Source of the DNA: Nostoc sp.
GTDB lineage: Bacteria > Cyanobacteriota > Cyanobacteriia > Cyanobacteriales > Nostocaceae
Length of the DNA: 64,000 nt
Direction of reading: 5' to 3'
NCBI GenBank assembly: GCA_036918135.1
Contig: JBALDB010000067.1
Coordinates: 1 to 64,000, forward strand
The notes beneath the pieces are model-generated. The model did not search any database and was not told the origin of the DNA. It was given only the letters and a program-made list of their open reading frames with translations. Below are positions 51,253 through 60,999 of this stretch, piece by piece. The translations under genes and the position numbers were made by a program. Positions within the stretch are counted from its first letter, which is position 1. Each line of letters opens with the position of its first letter.

Positions 51253-53463
51253 ATGTGTCCAGTTGGTGTTCGTACTAGTCACTCAACTCATGTCTTAGAA
51301 ACTGGTTTAGCAAAGCTTTGGCTGATATTGGTGGGAGTAAACCAATATCAGGATGAGCAAATACCTTGTTTGCGTTACTCAGCAGTAGATTGCCAAGGTT
51401 TAGCAGAAGCATTAAATGCTGCAACTGGGGGATTTCCGCAAAAGGATGTCAGGGTTTACCATGATTTTGCTCACCAGCAGCCGCGATTAGAAAATATCCG
51501 TACTAGCCTCAAACAAATAGCTGCTGCGACTAAATCTATTGACACCGTTCTGTTTTATTTTTCGGGACATGGGATGCTAGAACCATCGACTCAGCAGGTG
51601 GTATTGTGTCTCCAAGATACTCAAAAAGACAACTTAATAGACACTGGTTTAAAGTTGCAGGAATTATTGCAATTATTAGAAAATTGTCCTGCCCAACAGC
51701 AAATTTTATGGCTGGATGCTTGTCATAGCGGTAGCATGACATTGTTTGGCGCTAGAGGAGAAATACCAATAGATCCCCAACTCAGTCCCACACAAGAGTT
51801 AGTAGAAATTCTGCGACAACGCGCAGCTAAGAGAAAAGGATTTTATGCTCTATTATCTTGCGATCGCTCTCAACAATCTTGGGAATTTCCCCAATTAAAA
51901 CATGGAGTATTCACTTATTTTTTAATTCGCGGATTGCGGGGAGAAGCTGCTGATTCCCAAGGTGTGATTGAAGCAGATGGACTTTATCGCTACGTTTATC
52001 ACCAAACTCTAGCATATATAGATAAAGCAAATCAGCAATTGCGAGTAATTAATCAGCTGAAAAAAAGCCGAGGTGAAGACCAAATTCATTCAGAATATCC
52101 ATCACAAACCCCTAAGCGAATCGTGGAAGGAATTGGAGAGGTAATTTTAGGAATTAAACCAGATAAAACAGTATCTACAAGACATCCACGACAAGCATTA
52201 GTTATAGAAGGATTTCCTCAGAGCAAGAGTGCTTTGGCTTTGAGTAAAATACTGAATACAGCTGGTGGCTTTGAGGTAAATTATTGGAATGTGAGCGAAA
52301 AAACCCCAGTTTCAGATGTTCGTAAAGCAATTCAAAAGTGTTTGCTGTCTGAATCATTTTGTGAATCACCTACCAGCGCCAATCTTTTAGAAGAAATTCC
52401 AACTGTATTTTTATATCTCCGAGGACAGATTCATGAAACAGAACAAGGAGAAGCTGTATTCATACTTTCTGATAATGTTGTAATCAATCGCTCTTGGTTG
52501 AGAAAACAACTGCGCCGCTGTCGTTCGCAACAAATTATTATCCTCGATTGTCCTTTGGTAAGCTATAGTTGTGTATCTCTCCGGGATTGGGTAGAAGAAC
52601 TGCAACTCGGACTAGACGCCCAACAATGTTTAATTGCTGCTGCGCCATCTTCGGAAAGTGAACGCTTTGTTTCTTCTTTAGTGGAAACTCTCAGTAGGGT
52701 AGCACAGCCTTCCGTCCCGATGATTCAACAATCTGGACTAACCGCAGCAGCTTGGATTACACAATTACAAATTGAATTGTCAGACATTGATATTCAATTA
52801 TATTTTTGGTTATTTGGATCTCAGGGTGTAATTGAAGTTTTCCCCGGAAAAACTTTGTTTTCTAGTGATAGTTCTGAGCAAAAAGCTGAAGATGTAGATG
52901 ATTTGAGTTCAGCAGTGGGTGTAGATTACACTCAGTTGCGAGATTTACTCAAAGCTGGGAGATGGTTGGAAGCAGATTGGCAAACTACAACTCTGATGTT
53001 GAAGATAGCTAACAAAGAAGAAAAACGCTATCTTGATTTAACAAGTCTGGAAAACTTTTCTGACAATGACTTGTGTACTATCGATAAACTTTGGGTTAAA
53101 TATAGTCATGGACGCTTTGGTTTCAGCGTTCAGAAACAGATTTGGGAGAGTATTAGAGATACTTCTGGTGGCGATCCCGTGCTGGCTTTGATGATTGGTA
53201 ATGATAATGTTGCAGCTTCTCAAACTTGTATTGATTTTGCCAATCGCGTCGGCTGGCGTTTAAAAGATTCCTGGATAGATTATACTCACCTAAATATAAA
53301 TGACGATGCTCCTAGTGGGCAGTTTCCTTACTTTGGTTTTTTTGAGCAAGTTTGGCGGCTAAAGGTATTAGGTGTTTGGGAATGGCATAGTGCGATTGCC
53401 ACAGCTTCATGGTGGCGATTATGTGTTGCTTTATTTTCTCACTTTCAGACTTGTCAAAAATAG
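51253..53463 (+). CDS. Caspase-family (peptidase C14) protein with a C-terminal GUN4-like domain
   Basis: YFSGHG and LDACHSG dyad; a second degenerate caspase-like segment (FLYLRG/ILDC); VDY..LR.LL..G.W.EAD..T...IDKLW..YS.GRFGFSVQKQIW (GUN4-like). Confidence 0.88.
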   Translation: MCPVGVRTSHSTHVLETGLAKLWLILVGVNQYQDEQIPCLRYSAVDCQGLAEALNAATGGFPQKDVRVYHDFAHQQPRLENIRTSLKQIAAATKSIDTVLFYFSGHGMLEPSTQQVVLCLQDTQKDNLIDTGLKLQELLQLLENCPAQQQILWLDACHSGSMTLFGARGEIPIDPQLSPTQELVEILRQRAAKRKGFYALLSCDRSQQSWEFPQLKHGVFTYFLIRGLRGEAADSQGVIEADGLYRYVYHQTLAYIDKANQQLRVINQLKKSRGEDQIHSEYPSQTPKRIVEGIGEVILGIKPDKTVSTRHPRQALVIEGFPQSKSALALSKILNTAGGFEVNYWNVSEKTPVSDVRKAIQKCLLSESFCESPTSANLLEEIPTVFLYLRGQIHETEQGEAVFILSDNVVINRSWLRKQLRRCRSQQIIILDCPLVSYSCVSLRDWVEELQLGLDAQQCLIAAAPSSESERFVSSLVETLSRVAQPSVPMIQQSGLTAAAWITQLQIELSDIDIQLYFWLFGSQGVIEVFPGKTLFSSDSSEQKAEDVDDLSSAVGVDYTQLRDLLKAGRWLEADWQTTTLMLKIANKEEKRYLDLTSLENFSDNDLCTIDKLWVKYSHGRFGFSVQKQIWESIRDTSGGDPVLALMIGNDNVAASQTCIDFANRVGWRLKDSWIDYTHLNINDDAPSGQFPYFGFFEQVWRLKVLGVWEWHSAIATASWWRLCVALFSHFQTCQK

Positions 53464-53629
53464 AAAGTAGAGCAGTTTTCATTTCATTGAACCACAATCT
53501 TGTAGGGGTAGAGTAATGCTTTTCCCTTAACAATTGGTTTATTTAGTTTTCAGACAAGTTTTTTAATATATACAGTGACTCAAATATGGTTAAACTACCG
53601 ATATACTAATCGCTTTGGAATTTAGATCG

Positions 53630-54976
53630 ATGCATAGAAATACGAAAAAATTTGCTGCTATTTTTGTGTTGGTGTTTTCTCTAATTGTTTCTCTCAACTT
53701 TGCTGTTATCGCTCAAGATACTCCAGATGTTCCTTCTATAATTGCACCATCTCAGACTTGCTCAGTTCCTACTAATTTTACAACTCAACAAGTTATTGCT
53801 GACAACGGTGGTAACCAAGTTAAAATGGGCGATCGCATTAAAGTCAGAGTTAACGGATTATCAGCAGCTACAAATCCAACGACTAAGGGGAATTCATTCG
53901 ATCCTCGACAATTAGTCTTGTACTTGAATGGCTATGAACTAGAGAACATACACGCAGAACCAACTATCGTTATGGTTCCGGATCGAGAGAAAAGACTAGT
54001 TGTCGATCGTGATTGGTTAGCTTTTCAACTCGAACGCAATAATCCATCAGAACATGTATGGAATGCGCTGATTGGTAGAGCCAATCAATACAGTATTAAC
54101 GCGATTGTGGGAGTAGGCTGTCCCAATAAAATTGCGATTCCAGTCAGCAACCCTCTCTCACCTCCTCAAATCAAAATAATTCTGTTATCGTGGCGCTTTT
54201 GGCTGTGTCTGCTTCTACTTTTGGCTGTAGGATTATTATTTACTCGGTATTGCCGAAACGCTCTTCGTAGCCCTGGAATAGAAGGAGTTTACTCAAAAAA
54301 AGAAGTAATTGCTGGTCAGGAAATTTTAATGACAAAAGAAGTTAGCGTTGAACCTGAACAGCGAAAAACACGAATTGCTCGATTTTTTCTGGGTAGGAAA
54401 AAATTGTATAAAAATCCGTTCAGCTTATCGATATCTCAACTTGCTTTCTGGACATTTATCATTTTTGGTTCTTACATTATTATTTACGGAATAACGGGAA
54501 ATTATAGCAATGTTTTAAATCAACAATCACTAATATTATTGGGAATTAATTCTGTAACTGTATTTGGTAGTTCCTTAATTGATGGACAAGGTAATGAAAA
54601 AAATAAAAAAGGTACTCAAGGCGTTTCTGAAGGGTTTTTTATAGACATATTATCTGATATTAATGGAGTCAATTTTCATCGATTTCAAACATTTATTTGG
54701 ACAGTGGCAATTGGACTATTCTTTGTTTGGGAAGTTGCTAAAAATCTAGCAATGCCAGAATTCGATCAAACGCTTCTGACGCTACAAGGAATTAGTGCAG
54801 CTACATATCTAGGACTGAGAGGACAAGAAGAGCATGGAATGACAACAGACCCGGAATCTACATTCCCAAAAGATAACTCATTAGAACAACAGCCTATACC
54901 AAAAGTAGACAATCCACCAGAAAGTGCAGTGCAAGACAATCTACCAGAGAGCGATTCTTTGAGTAATCCAGGTTAA
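53630..54976 (+). CDS. Uncharacterised multi-pass membrane protein with an exported N-terminal domain
   Basis: Signal peptide, a soluble domain, then TM helices with SLS.SQLAFWT and HRFQ.FIWT...MPEFDQTLL.L.GIS..TYLG patterns. Confidence 0.75.
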   Translation: MHRNTKKFAAIFVLVFSLIVSLNFAVIAQDTPDVPSIIAPSQTCSVPTNFTTQQVIADNGGNQVKMGDRIKVRVNGLSAATNPTTKGNSFDPRQLVLYLNGYELENIHAEPTIVMVPDREKRLVVDRDWLAFQLERNNPSEHVWNALIGRANQYSINAIVGVGCPNKIAIPVSNPLSPPQIKIILLSWRFWLCLLLLLAVGLLFTRYCRNALRSPGIEGVYSKKEVIAGQEILMTKEVSVEPEQRKTRIARFFLGRKKLYKNPFSLSISQLAFWTFIIFGSYIIIYGITGNYSNVLNQQSLILLGINSVTVFGSSLIDGQGNEKNKKGTQGVSEGFFIDILSDINGVNFHRFQTFIWTVAIGLFFVWEVAKNLAMPEFDQTLLTLQGISAATYLGLRGQEEHGMTTDPESTFPKDNSLEQQPIPKVDNPPESAVQDNLPESDSLSNPG

Positions 54977-55058
54977 ATAATGGAGAGTATTTTTGTGTAT
55001 TAGACTTTTAATTTTGAGTTGCGATCGCTCGCGACTCAAATCTCTCGTTAGCTTTAGC

Positions 55059-55085
55059 TCCCCCACTTCTTAAAGAAGTCGGGGA
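55059..55085. repeat. REP-like palindrome, copy 3
   Basis: tcccccacttcttaaagaagtcgggga. Confidence 0.75.
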
Positions 55086-55160
55086 TTTCTTTTTTTAGCA
55101 ATGATTAATAATTTTAGATATTCTTTAAAATATACAGTCAGATTTGGAATCATACCTTGT

Positions 55161-56912
55161 ATGGTAATTCTGCACCCGGTTTCCGATTTCATAAACTGTG
55201 ATTTTGCACTTAGTGAATCCCCTAGTTATTACTATCATGGGTATTGTCCCCAAAGCGGCGAGGGCTTAACATTATCCCGCACCACAATGTCCGAAGCGAT
55301 CGCTCATGGACTAATGCAACATCTTGCCAAAGATGACTGTTATTCTCGTGAAGGCAAAATGTATGGGATATTATTAGTTGAATTGCCTAATGGCGAACAA
55401 CGGGTACTTAAAGCTTTCTCTGGTCTTTTACATGGTTGCAGTGTGGTTGAGGGTTGGGTGCCACCAATACCAGGAAGAGACGAAGTTGCTTTCCAAGAAG
55501 CTCGCACCTTGTTACAGTTAGACGCCATCAAGCGAGAAATCCTCACCTTGAAGCAACTCAAGGAACGTCAGCAGTACGAAACCTTATTTAGTGAGTTTGA
55601 GCAGCAATTACAAGCAATGAGCGATCGCCATCGCCATTGCAAACATCAACGACAACAAAAACGTCAGCAAATCTGCAATACACTGACCGAAGAAGCGTTG
55701 GCTATTGCTCTCGAACAACTCGACGCCGAAAGTCGTCAACAGAAAATCGAACGACGACAACTTAAACGCCAGCAAAATATAGTATTACAGCCCCTCCAGC
55801 AGTCGATCGCAACCGCAGATTTGCGGATTTTAGAACTCAAACAACAGCGTAAAGCACTATCACGAGAATTACAAGCTCATCTGCACGCTAGCTACAGCCT
55901 GACAAATTTTGCTGGGCGCTCGCAATCTTTACAACAATTGCTGCCAGAAGGCTTCCCCACTGGTACAGGAGACTGTTGTGCCCCAAAGCTACTGCATTAT
56001 GCCGCAACTCATCATCTCAAACCCTTGGCAATGGCAGAATTTTGGTGGGGAGCGTCTTCAGTCAATCAAGATAAAATCCAGGGAGAATTTTATGGAGCAT
56101 GTGCGGAACGATGTCAGCCATTGATGGGGTTTTTGCTATCTGGCTTGAAACCTAGCCCCCCAGCGCCCTTATCACCTCTCTCTAACCCTCTGCTAAAAGG
56201 AGAGGGAAGCGGAAAACTTTTGTTGCTGGAAGCGGGAGTAAGAAGCCCCTTCCCTAATAGCGGAGGGTTTAGGGGAGAGGTGAGTTTATCGATTATTTAT
56301 GAAGACGAGTGGCTGATTGCTGTGGACAAACCGGCTGGATTACTTTCTGTACCTGGGCGTTATCGCGATCGCCAGGATAGTGTTTGGAGTCGCTTGTCTC
56401 ATCTGTTACCTGATAGCATGACACTTACATCTGTGCATAGATTAGACCAAGAAACATCTGGTATTTTGTTGTTAACACGCGATCGCCAAACTCATCGGCA
56501 ACTCAGCCAGCAGTTTCAGCAGCGACAAGTTCACAAGGTTTATGAGGCTTTACTTGCAGGTTTTGTAAGAGTCGAGCAAGGTACAATTGAATTGCCATTG
56601 TGGGGAGATCCAGAAAATCGCCCTTATCAGCAAGTTGATTGGCAGCGCGGTAAACCGAGTTTGACACAATTCCGAGTGATGGTGAGGGAAGGAGATTATA
56701 CCCGTGTAGAATTTACTCCTCTAACAGGACGTAGCCATCAATTGAGAGTTCATGCGGCAGATGTGCGAGGACTGGGGGTAACTATTTTAGGCGATCGCCT
56801 TTATGGATGCTGTGCAAACGCTAATCGGTTACATTTACATGCAAGAGAAATTTGTTTTCAGCATCCGCAGTCAGGAGAAACCCTTCATCTACAAGTAAAA
56901 ACACCGTTCTAA
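55161..56912 (+). CDS. RluA-family pseudouridine synthase with a long N-terminal extension
   Basis: VDKPAGLLSVPG, VHRLDQETSG, TGRSHQLRVH, GDRLYG and LHLHA motifs; N-terminal GKMYG.L.V and G.CCAPKLL region with a coiled coil. Confidence 0.9.
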   Translation: MVILHPVSDFINCDFALSESPSYYYHGYCPQSGEGLTLSRTTMSEAIAHGLMQHLAKDDCYSREGKMYGILLVELPNGEQRVLKAFSGLLHGCSVVEGWVPPIPGRDEVAFQEARTLLQLDAIKREILTLKQLKERQQYETLFSEFEQQLQAMSDRHRHCKHQRQQKRQQICNTLTEEALAIALEQLDAESRQQKIERRQLKRQQNIVLQPLQQSIATADLRILELKQQRKALSRELQAHLHASYSLTNFAGRSQSLQQLLPEGFPTGTGDCCAPKLLHYAATHHLKPLAMAEFWWGASSVNQDKIQGEFYGACAERCQPLMGFLLSGLKPSPPAPLSPLSNPLLKGEGSGKLLLLEAGVRSPFPNSGGFRGEVSLSIIYEDEWLIAVDKPAGLLSVPGRYRDRQDSVWSRLSHLLPDSMTLTSVHRLDQETSGILLLTRDRQTHRQLSQQFQQRQVHKVYEALLAGFVRVEQGTIELPLWGDPENRPYQQVDWQRGKPSLTQFRVMVREGDYTRVEFTPLTGRSHQLRVHAADVRGLGVTILGDRLYGCCANANRLHLHAREICFQHPQSGETLHLQVKTPF

Positions 56913-56922
56913 AGTTATCATC

Positions 56923-57546
56923 ATGAATACCGTAATTACACTAGAAAGAATCGAACTCCAAGCTGGCACAGTCGTAAGGATGTTGGGATGTTGGGAAGAT
57001 TATCAAGTACTCAGTGAGCGACTTGGTGATCGCGCCTGTCCTCGGATTAAATATCGCAGAGGAGAGATTTTGCTAATGGCACCGCTACCAGAGCATGGAA
57101 GAGATGTGAGCTTGCTGGCGAATATTGCTCAGGTTTTGCTGGATCGTTTAGAGCAAAGATACGACTCATTTACACCTATTACCATGAGTTTGCCAGAATT
57201 TAGCGGTATTGAACCTGACTATTGCTTTTATATTGAAAATTGGAGATCCGTGGTAGGTAAGAATCGTATCGACTGGCAAAACGATCCTCCACCTGATTTA
57301 GTAATTGAGATAGATGTTACTAGTTATACAGATATTAATGATTATCTACCTTATAAAGTACCAGAGATTTGGCTGTTAAAAAATAAGCAGCTATTAGTTT
57401 ATAGATTGCAGGGTGAAAATTACGCAATTGCACAAAGCATTTACTTTTCTAACGTTGCAGAAATTGTGCAGCAATGCTTACAAATTGCAAACGAACAAAC
57501 AACAAGTGAGGCGATTAGGTGGTTGAGAAGCTTTTTGCATGGGTAA
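56923..57546 (+). CDS. Uma2 family endonuclease-like protein
   Basis: M.PLPEH, EPD.CFYI, PPDLVIEID and Y..VPEIW motifs. Confidence 0.9.
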   Translation: MNTVITLERIELQAGTVVRMLGCWEDYQVLSERLGDRACPRIKYRRGEILLMAPLPEHGRDVSLLANIAQVLLDRLEQRYDSFTPITMSLPEFSGIEPDYCFYIENWRSVVGKNRIDWQNDPPPDLVIEIDVTSYTDINDYLPYKVPEIWLLKNKQLLVYRLQGENYAIAQSIYFSNVAEIVQQCLQIANEQTTSEAIRWLRSFLHG

Positions 57547-57633
57547 TTGGTGACTCAGCACTCCTAAATTGCTCATAAAAACAAGCTATGGTGTTTTGAC
57601 ACATTCTTACTAGGAGAAAATCTTCTCAATCTT

Positions 57634-60600
57634 CTATTGAAGAATTGCTGTTTTAATCTTCTTACAGATGTTCACCCAAGCTTGATTTTCTTGTGCAGAG
57701 TTCAAGCTGTCTAAAGGTTGATTGGGAGTGTGCGCTGATTGATACTTTTCAATTTCTGTTTCCTCATAGTTACTATAAGTCAAAGGTATCCAAATAATTG
57801 TCAGTCCTTCGGCTGAAGCCGCATCTAATAATGGGGGTAATTCATTCTCGGCAATAAAATCTGATGCTAAAAAATCAGGGCTAACCAACAATACTGCTAC
57901 TTTTGCCGCTGCTAAAGCATTTTCAATTTCTTCGCGCCAGTTTGCACCAGGTTGAATTTGGGTATCGTCCCATACAGCCATATTTTGGTTGCGAATCATT
58001 GGTTTGAGGTGTTTCTGAAGTTTGGTAAGCCACTGCTCATCTTGATGACTATAGCTGATGAAAACTTTATTTCTGGTTATATTTTCAGAGATAGGGATTT
58101 GTGGTTTTTGTGAGGTCGATAAAACATCATCAATCAGTCTTTGGACATCTACCATACGAAAGCTGTTTTGGCACTGGATTTGGTAATTACGGGCTTCCAG
58201 GGATTTGTACAACACTTCTCGGCTATAAAAATGAGGCGTTTGACTATCTTTACAGCTTTCACAATTGCAGGGAACAAGTGTTTGGTATTGCAGACGTTCA
58301 TAAGATTTATGAATTTTTTCTAGTTCATGAGTAATAACTGCTAGCAGTTCTTTCTTGCGTTTTCCTGCTACGCAAATTTTGATTTCTCGTTGATAGTAAT
58401 ATTCAATCACTTCGGCGCAAGTTTGGTCTTTAGCAAGAACAACGCCTGTTTTCCAAACGAGGGTTTGTTGTTCAATTAAAGAATGCATTTCGACGATAAA
58501 GCGGGTAAGAATTCCTTTCGGCATGAAGTCATATTTATACCGCAAGATTAGGTTATTAGATTCATCCCAACTGAAATCAGGTTGATTGACAGAGAGTAAT
58601 TGAGGTGCAATATAATTGCCAGGACGATTAGGGATTTCGTAACACAGTTTAAATTTCATCATTAGCCGCAATAGTTCTGCCTGCATATCAGCATATTTAT
58701 CCTCATGCCAAATATTGACTAAATCACTGCGGTTAAATTGACCCATGTTTTGAATTACTTGTGGATTATCTAATACTTTGTAAACGGCATCTGTACCCCA
58801 AGTAGGTTTGAGGATCACGGTTTTTCTTAAAAAGTCATCATCTTGGAAGTGAAGACACACACCTAAATCATGTAGATAGCCACTGAGTTGAAGTTTATCT
58901 TCCCGTTTAGTAAAACCATATTCTTGACAGATGTTCAGATATTCTTCCAAGCTAATATATTCGCGGGAGTCTCGTTCTAAAGCTTCCCGTACTTTAACCC
59001 AGGTTTTGGGTAGTTCTGTTCCTACATGCGGTAGGTTACTAATATAATGCTTAATTTTATTTAAGATTTCTGGCAGACCACGATTGGTGGCAAGGTTTGT
59101 AGTAAGTGTTTCTTTAAAATTGGTAAATTCGCGTCGCAACTCTCGCTCGTTTATTTCCCGTTTGCGCTCTTGTTTTTCATTTTTGACAATTAGTAAAGGA
59201 CTATTATCGCTCAGTAATTTAACCGCATTTAACCAGTAGTAAAAATCTGTATCTTCTGTGCGGATATCAGCAACTAGGGCATAAAGAGAGCGTTTGGTAA
59301 GAAAAAATTGGTGAGTAGCATGGTAAATCTCTTGACCACCAAAGTCCCAAATGTTGACCTGAAATTCTCTGCCATTGTCAAGCAAGAACTTCCATTGAAT
59401 AACATCAATGCCTTGAGTAGTACTTTCATCTTGTTGTAATGTATATTTCTGGTCTTGAATTTTTTTGACTAAGGTAGTTTTACCTGCACCACCTTCTCCT
59501 ACAACGAGTAATTTAGCTTCATACAGGTGATCGGTTTCTTGTTGCTGACCGTAAAAGTTCAGTATTGCTTTCAATCCTTTACTTTGGATTTCTGGCGGAA
59601 GTGGTTCTAGAAGATTGCTGCTAAGTTCAAGCTGCCTGAGGTTGGCGAGTTGTCCAATTTCCACGGGCAAACTGCTGAGTTGATTATTGTCTAGGTAGAG
59701 GGATTGCAGGTTGGTGAGTTGTCCAATTTCACCTGGCAGACTGCTAAGTTGATTATTGTAGAGGTCAAGGGATTGCAGGTTGGTGAGTTGTCCAATTTCC
59801 CTTGGCAGACTGCTAAGTTGATTGTTGTAGAGGTAGAGAGTTTGCAGATTGGTGAGTTGGACAATTTTCTCTGGCAAACTGCTGAGTTGATTGTTGTTGA
59901 GGTAGAGAGTCTGTGGGTTGGTGAGTTGTCCAATTTCCCCCGGCAAACTGCTGAGTTGATTGCTATTGAGGTAGAGAATTTGCAGGTTGGTGAGTTGTCC
60001 AAATTCCCTTGGCAGACTGCTGAGTCGATTGTAGCTGAGGTTGAGGGTTTGCAGGTTAGTGAGTTGTCCAAATTCCTTTGGCAGACTGCTGAGTCGATTG
60101 TAACTGAGGTTGAGGGTTTGCAGGTTAGTGAGTTGTCCAATTTCCCTTGGCAGACTGCTGAGTTGATTGCTGTCGAGGTAGAGGGATTGCAGGTTGATGA
60201 GTTGTCCAATTTCCCCTGGCAGACTGCTGAGTTGATTGTAGCTGAGGTTGAGGGATTGCAAGTTGGTGAGTTGGACAATTTCACCTGGCAAACTGCTGAG
60301 TTGATTGTAGCTGAGGTTGAGGGATTGCAAGTTGGTGAGTTGGACAATTTCTCTTGGCAGACTGCTGAGTTGATTGCTGCTCAGGTCGAGGGTTTGCAGG
60401 TTAGTGAGTTGGACAATTTCCTCTGGCAGACTGCTCAGTCGATTACTACCCAGGTAGAGGGTTAGCAGGTTGGTGAGTTGTCCTATTTCCCCTGGCAGAC
60501 TGCTCAGTCGATTGAATCTGAGGTTGAGGGTTAGCAGTTTGGTGAGTTGTCCTATTTCCCCTTGCAGAGTGCTGAGTTGATTGCTGCCCAAGTAGAGGGT

Positions 60601-60864
60601 TAGCAGGTTGGTAAGTTGTCCTATTTCCCCTGGCAGACTGCTCAATCGATTACTGCCCAGATCAAGGGATTGCAGGTTGGTGAGTTGGACAAATTCTCTT
60701 GGCAGAGTGCTGAGTTGATTGCTGCCTAAGTAGAGGGTTAGTAAGTTGGTAAGTTGTCCTATTTCCCCTGGCAATCTTATTAAGTTTTTGCCAGAAAGGT
60801 CTAATTCTGTCACCTTGTCTTTGGCAGCTTGTTCAATAATTTGCAGCAGTTCTTCGTTAGTCAT
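57634..60864 (-). CDS. Roco protein: LRR-Roc GTPase-COR-TIR
   Basis: 18 LRRs of 23 aa, GEGGAGKTT P-loop, WDFGGQ, a COR region, and a C-terminal KVFISYSH.D...LLVSPDFLAS...NEL TIR domain. Confidence 0.93.
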   Translation of the reverse strand: MTNEELLQIIEQAAKDKVTELDLSGKNLIRLPGEIGQLTNLLTLYLGSNQLSTLPREFVQLTNLQSLDLGSNRLSSLPGEIGQLTNLLTLYLGSNQLSTLQGEIGQLTKLLTLNLRFNRLSSLPGEIGQLTNLLTLYLGSNRLSSLPEEIVQLTNLQTLDLSSNQLSSLPREIVQLTNLQSLNLSYNQLSSLPGEIVQLTNLQSLNLSYNQLSSLPGEIGQLINLQSLYLDSNQLSSLPREIGQLTNLQTLNLSYNRLSSLPKEFGQLTNLQTLNLSYNRLSSLPREFGQLTNLQILYLNSNQLSSLPGEIGQLTNPQTLYLNNNQLSSLPEKIVQLTNLQTLYLYNNQLSSLPREIGQLTNLQSLDLYNNQLSSLPGEIGQLTNLQSLYLDNNQLSSLPVEIGQLANLRQLELSSNLLEPLPPEIQSKGLKAILNFYGQQQETDHLYEAKLLVVGEGGAGKTTLVKKIQDQKYTLQQDESTTQGIDVIQWKFLLDNGREFQVNIWDFGGQEIYHATHQFFLTKRSLYALVADIRTEDTDFYYWLNAVKLLSDNSPLLIVKNEKQERKREINERELRREFTNFKETLTTNLATNRGLPEILNKIKHYISNLPHVGTELPKTWVKVREALERDSREYISLEEYLNICQEYGFTKREDKLQLSGYLHDLGVCLHFQDDDFLRKTVILKPTWGTDAVYKVLDNPQVIQNMGQFNRSDLVNIWHEDKYADMQAELLRLMMKFKLCYEIPNRPGNYIAPQLLSVNQPDFSWDESNNLILRYKYDFMPKGILTRFIVEMHSLIEQQTLVWKTGVVLAKDQTCAEVIEYYYQREIKICVAGKRKKELLAVITHELEKIHKSYERLQYQTLVPCNCESCKDSQTPHFYSREVLYKSLEARNYQIQCQNSFRMVDVQRLIDDVLSTSQKPQIPISENITRNKVFISYSHQDEQWLTKLQKHLKPMIRNQNMAVWDDTQIQPGANWREEIENALAAAKVAVLLVSPDFLASDFIAENELPPLLDAASAEGLTIIWIPLTYSNYEETEIEKYQSAHTPNQPLDSLNSAQENQAWVNICKKIKTAILQ
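59641..60744 (-). repeat. Sixteen near-identical 69-bp coding repeats (LRR modules)
   Basis: 16 x 69 = 1104 bp exactly. Coding consensus is about ctgcaaaccctctacctcagcagcaatcaactcagcagtctgccaggggaaattggacaactcaccaac. Confidence 0.95.
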
Positions 60865-60969
60865 TTGGGGTTTTATAAAGGTGATGTCTGACGACGAGTT
60901 TGTGCTTGGACGCGCAGCAGAGATATTGAGCTAATTAATAATGTAGCCTGTATCAAGGATTGCGTTAGC

Positions 60970-60998
60970 GCGTAAGCGTAGCTTGTAGTAGACATCGC
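60970..60998. mobile_element. HIP1 site interrupted by a 21-nt insert (SDR5-like)
   Basis: GCG + taagcgtagcttgtagtagac (60973-60993) + ATCGC. Confidence 0.7.
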
Positions 60999-60999
60999 C

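Noticed and set aside
59691..60465. Long alternative-frame ORFs (218 aa minus, 253 aa plus) over the LRR region
   Set aside because: Expected by-products of a stop-free 69-bp repeat; no independent coding evidence.
59641..60744. A complete diversity-generating retroelement
   Set aside because: No reverse transcriptase, accessory gene or separate template repeat in the window, and non-adenine changes also occur. Kept only as a hypothesis.
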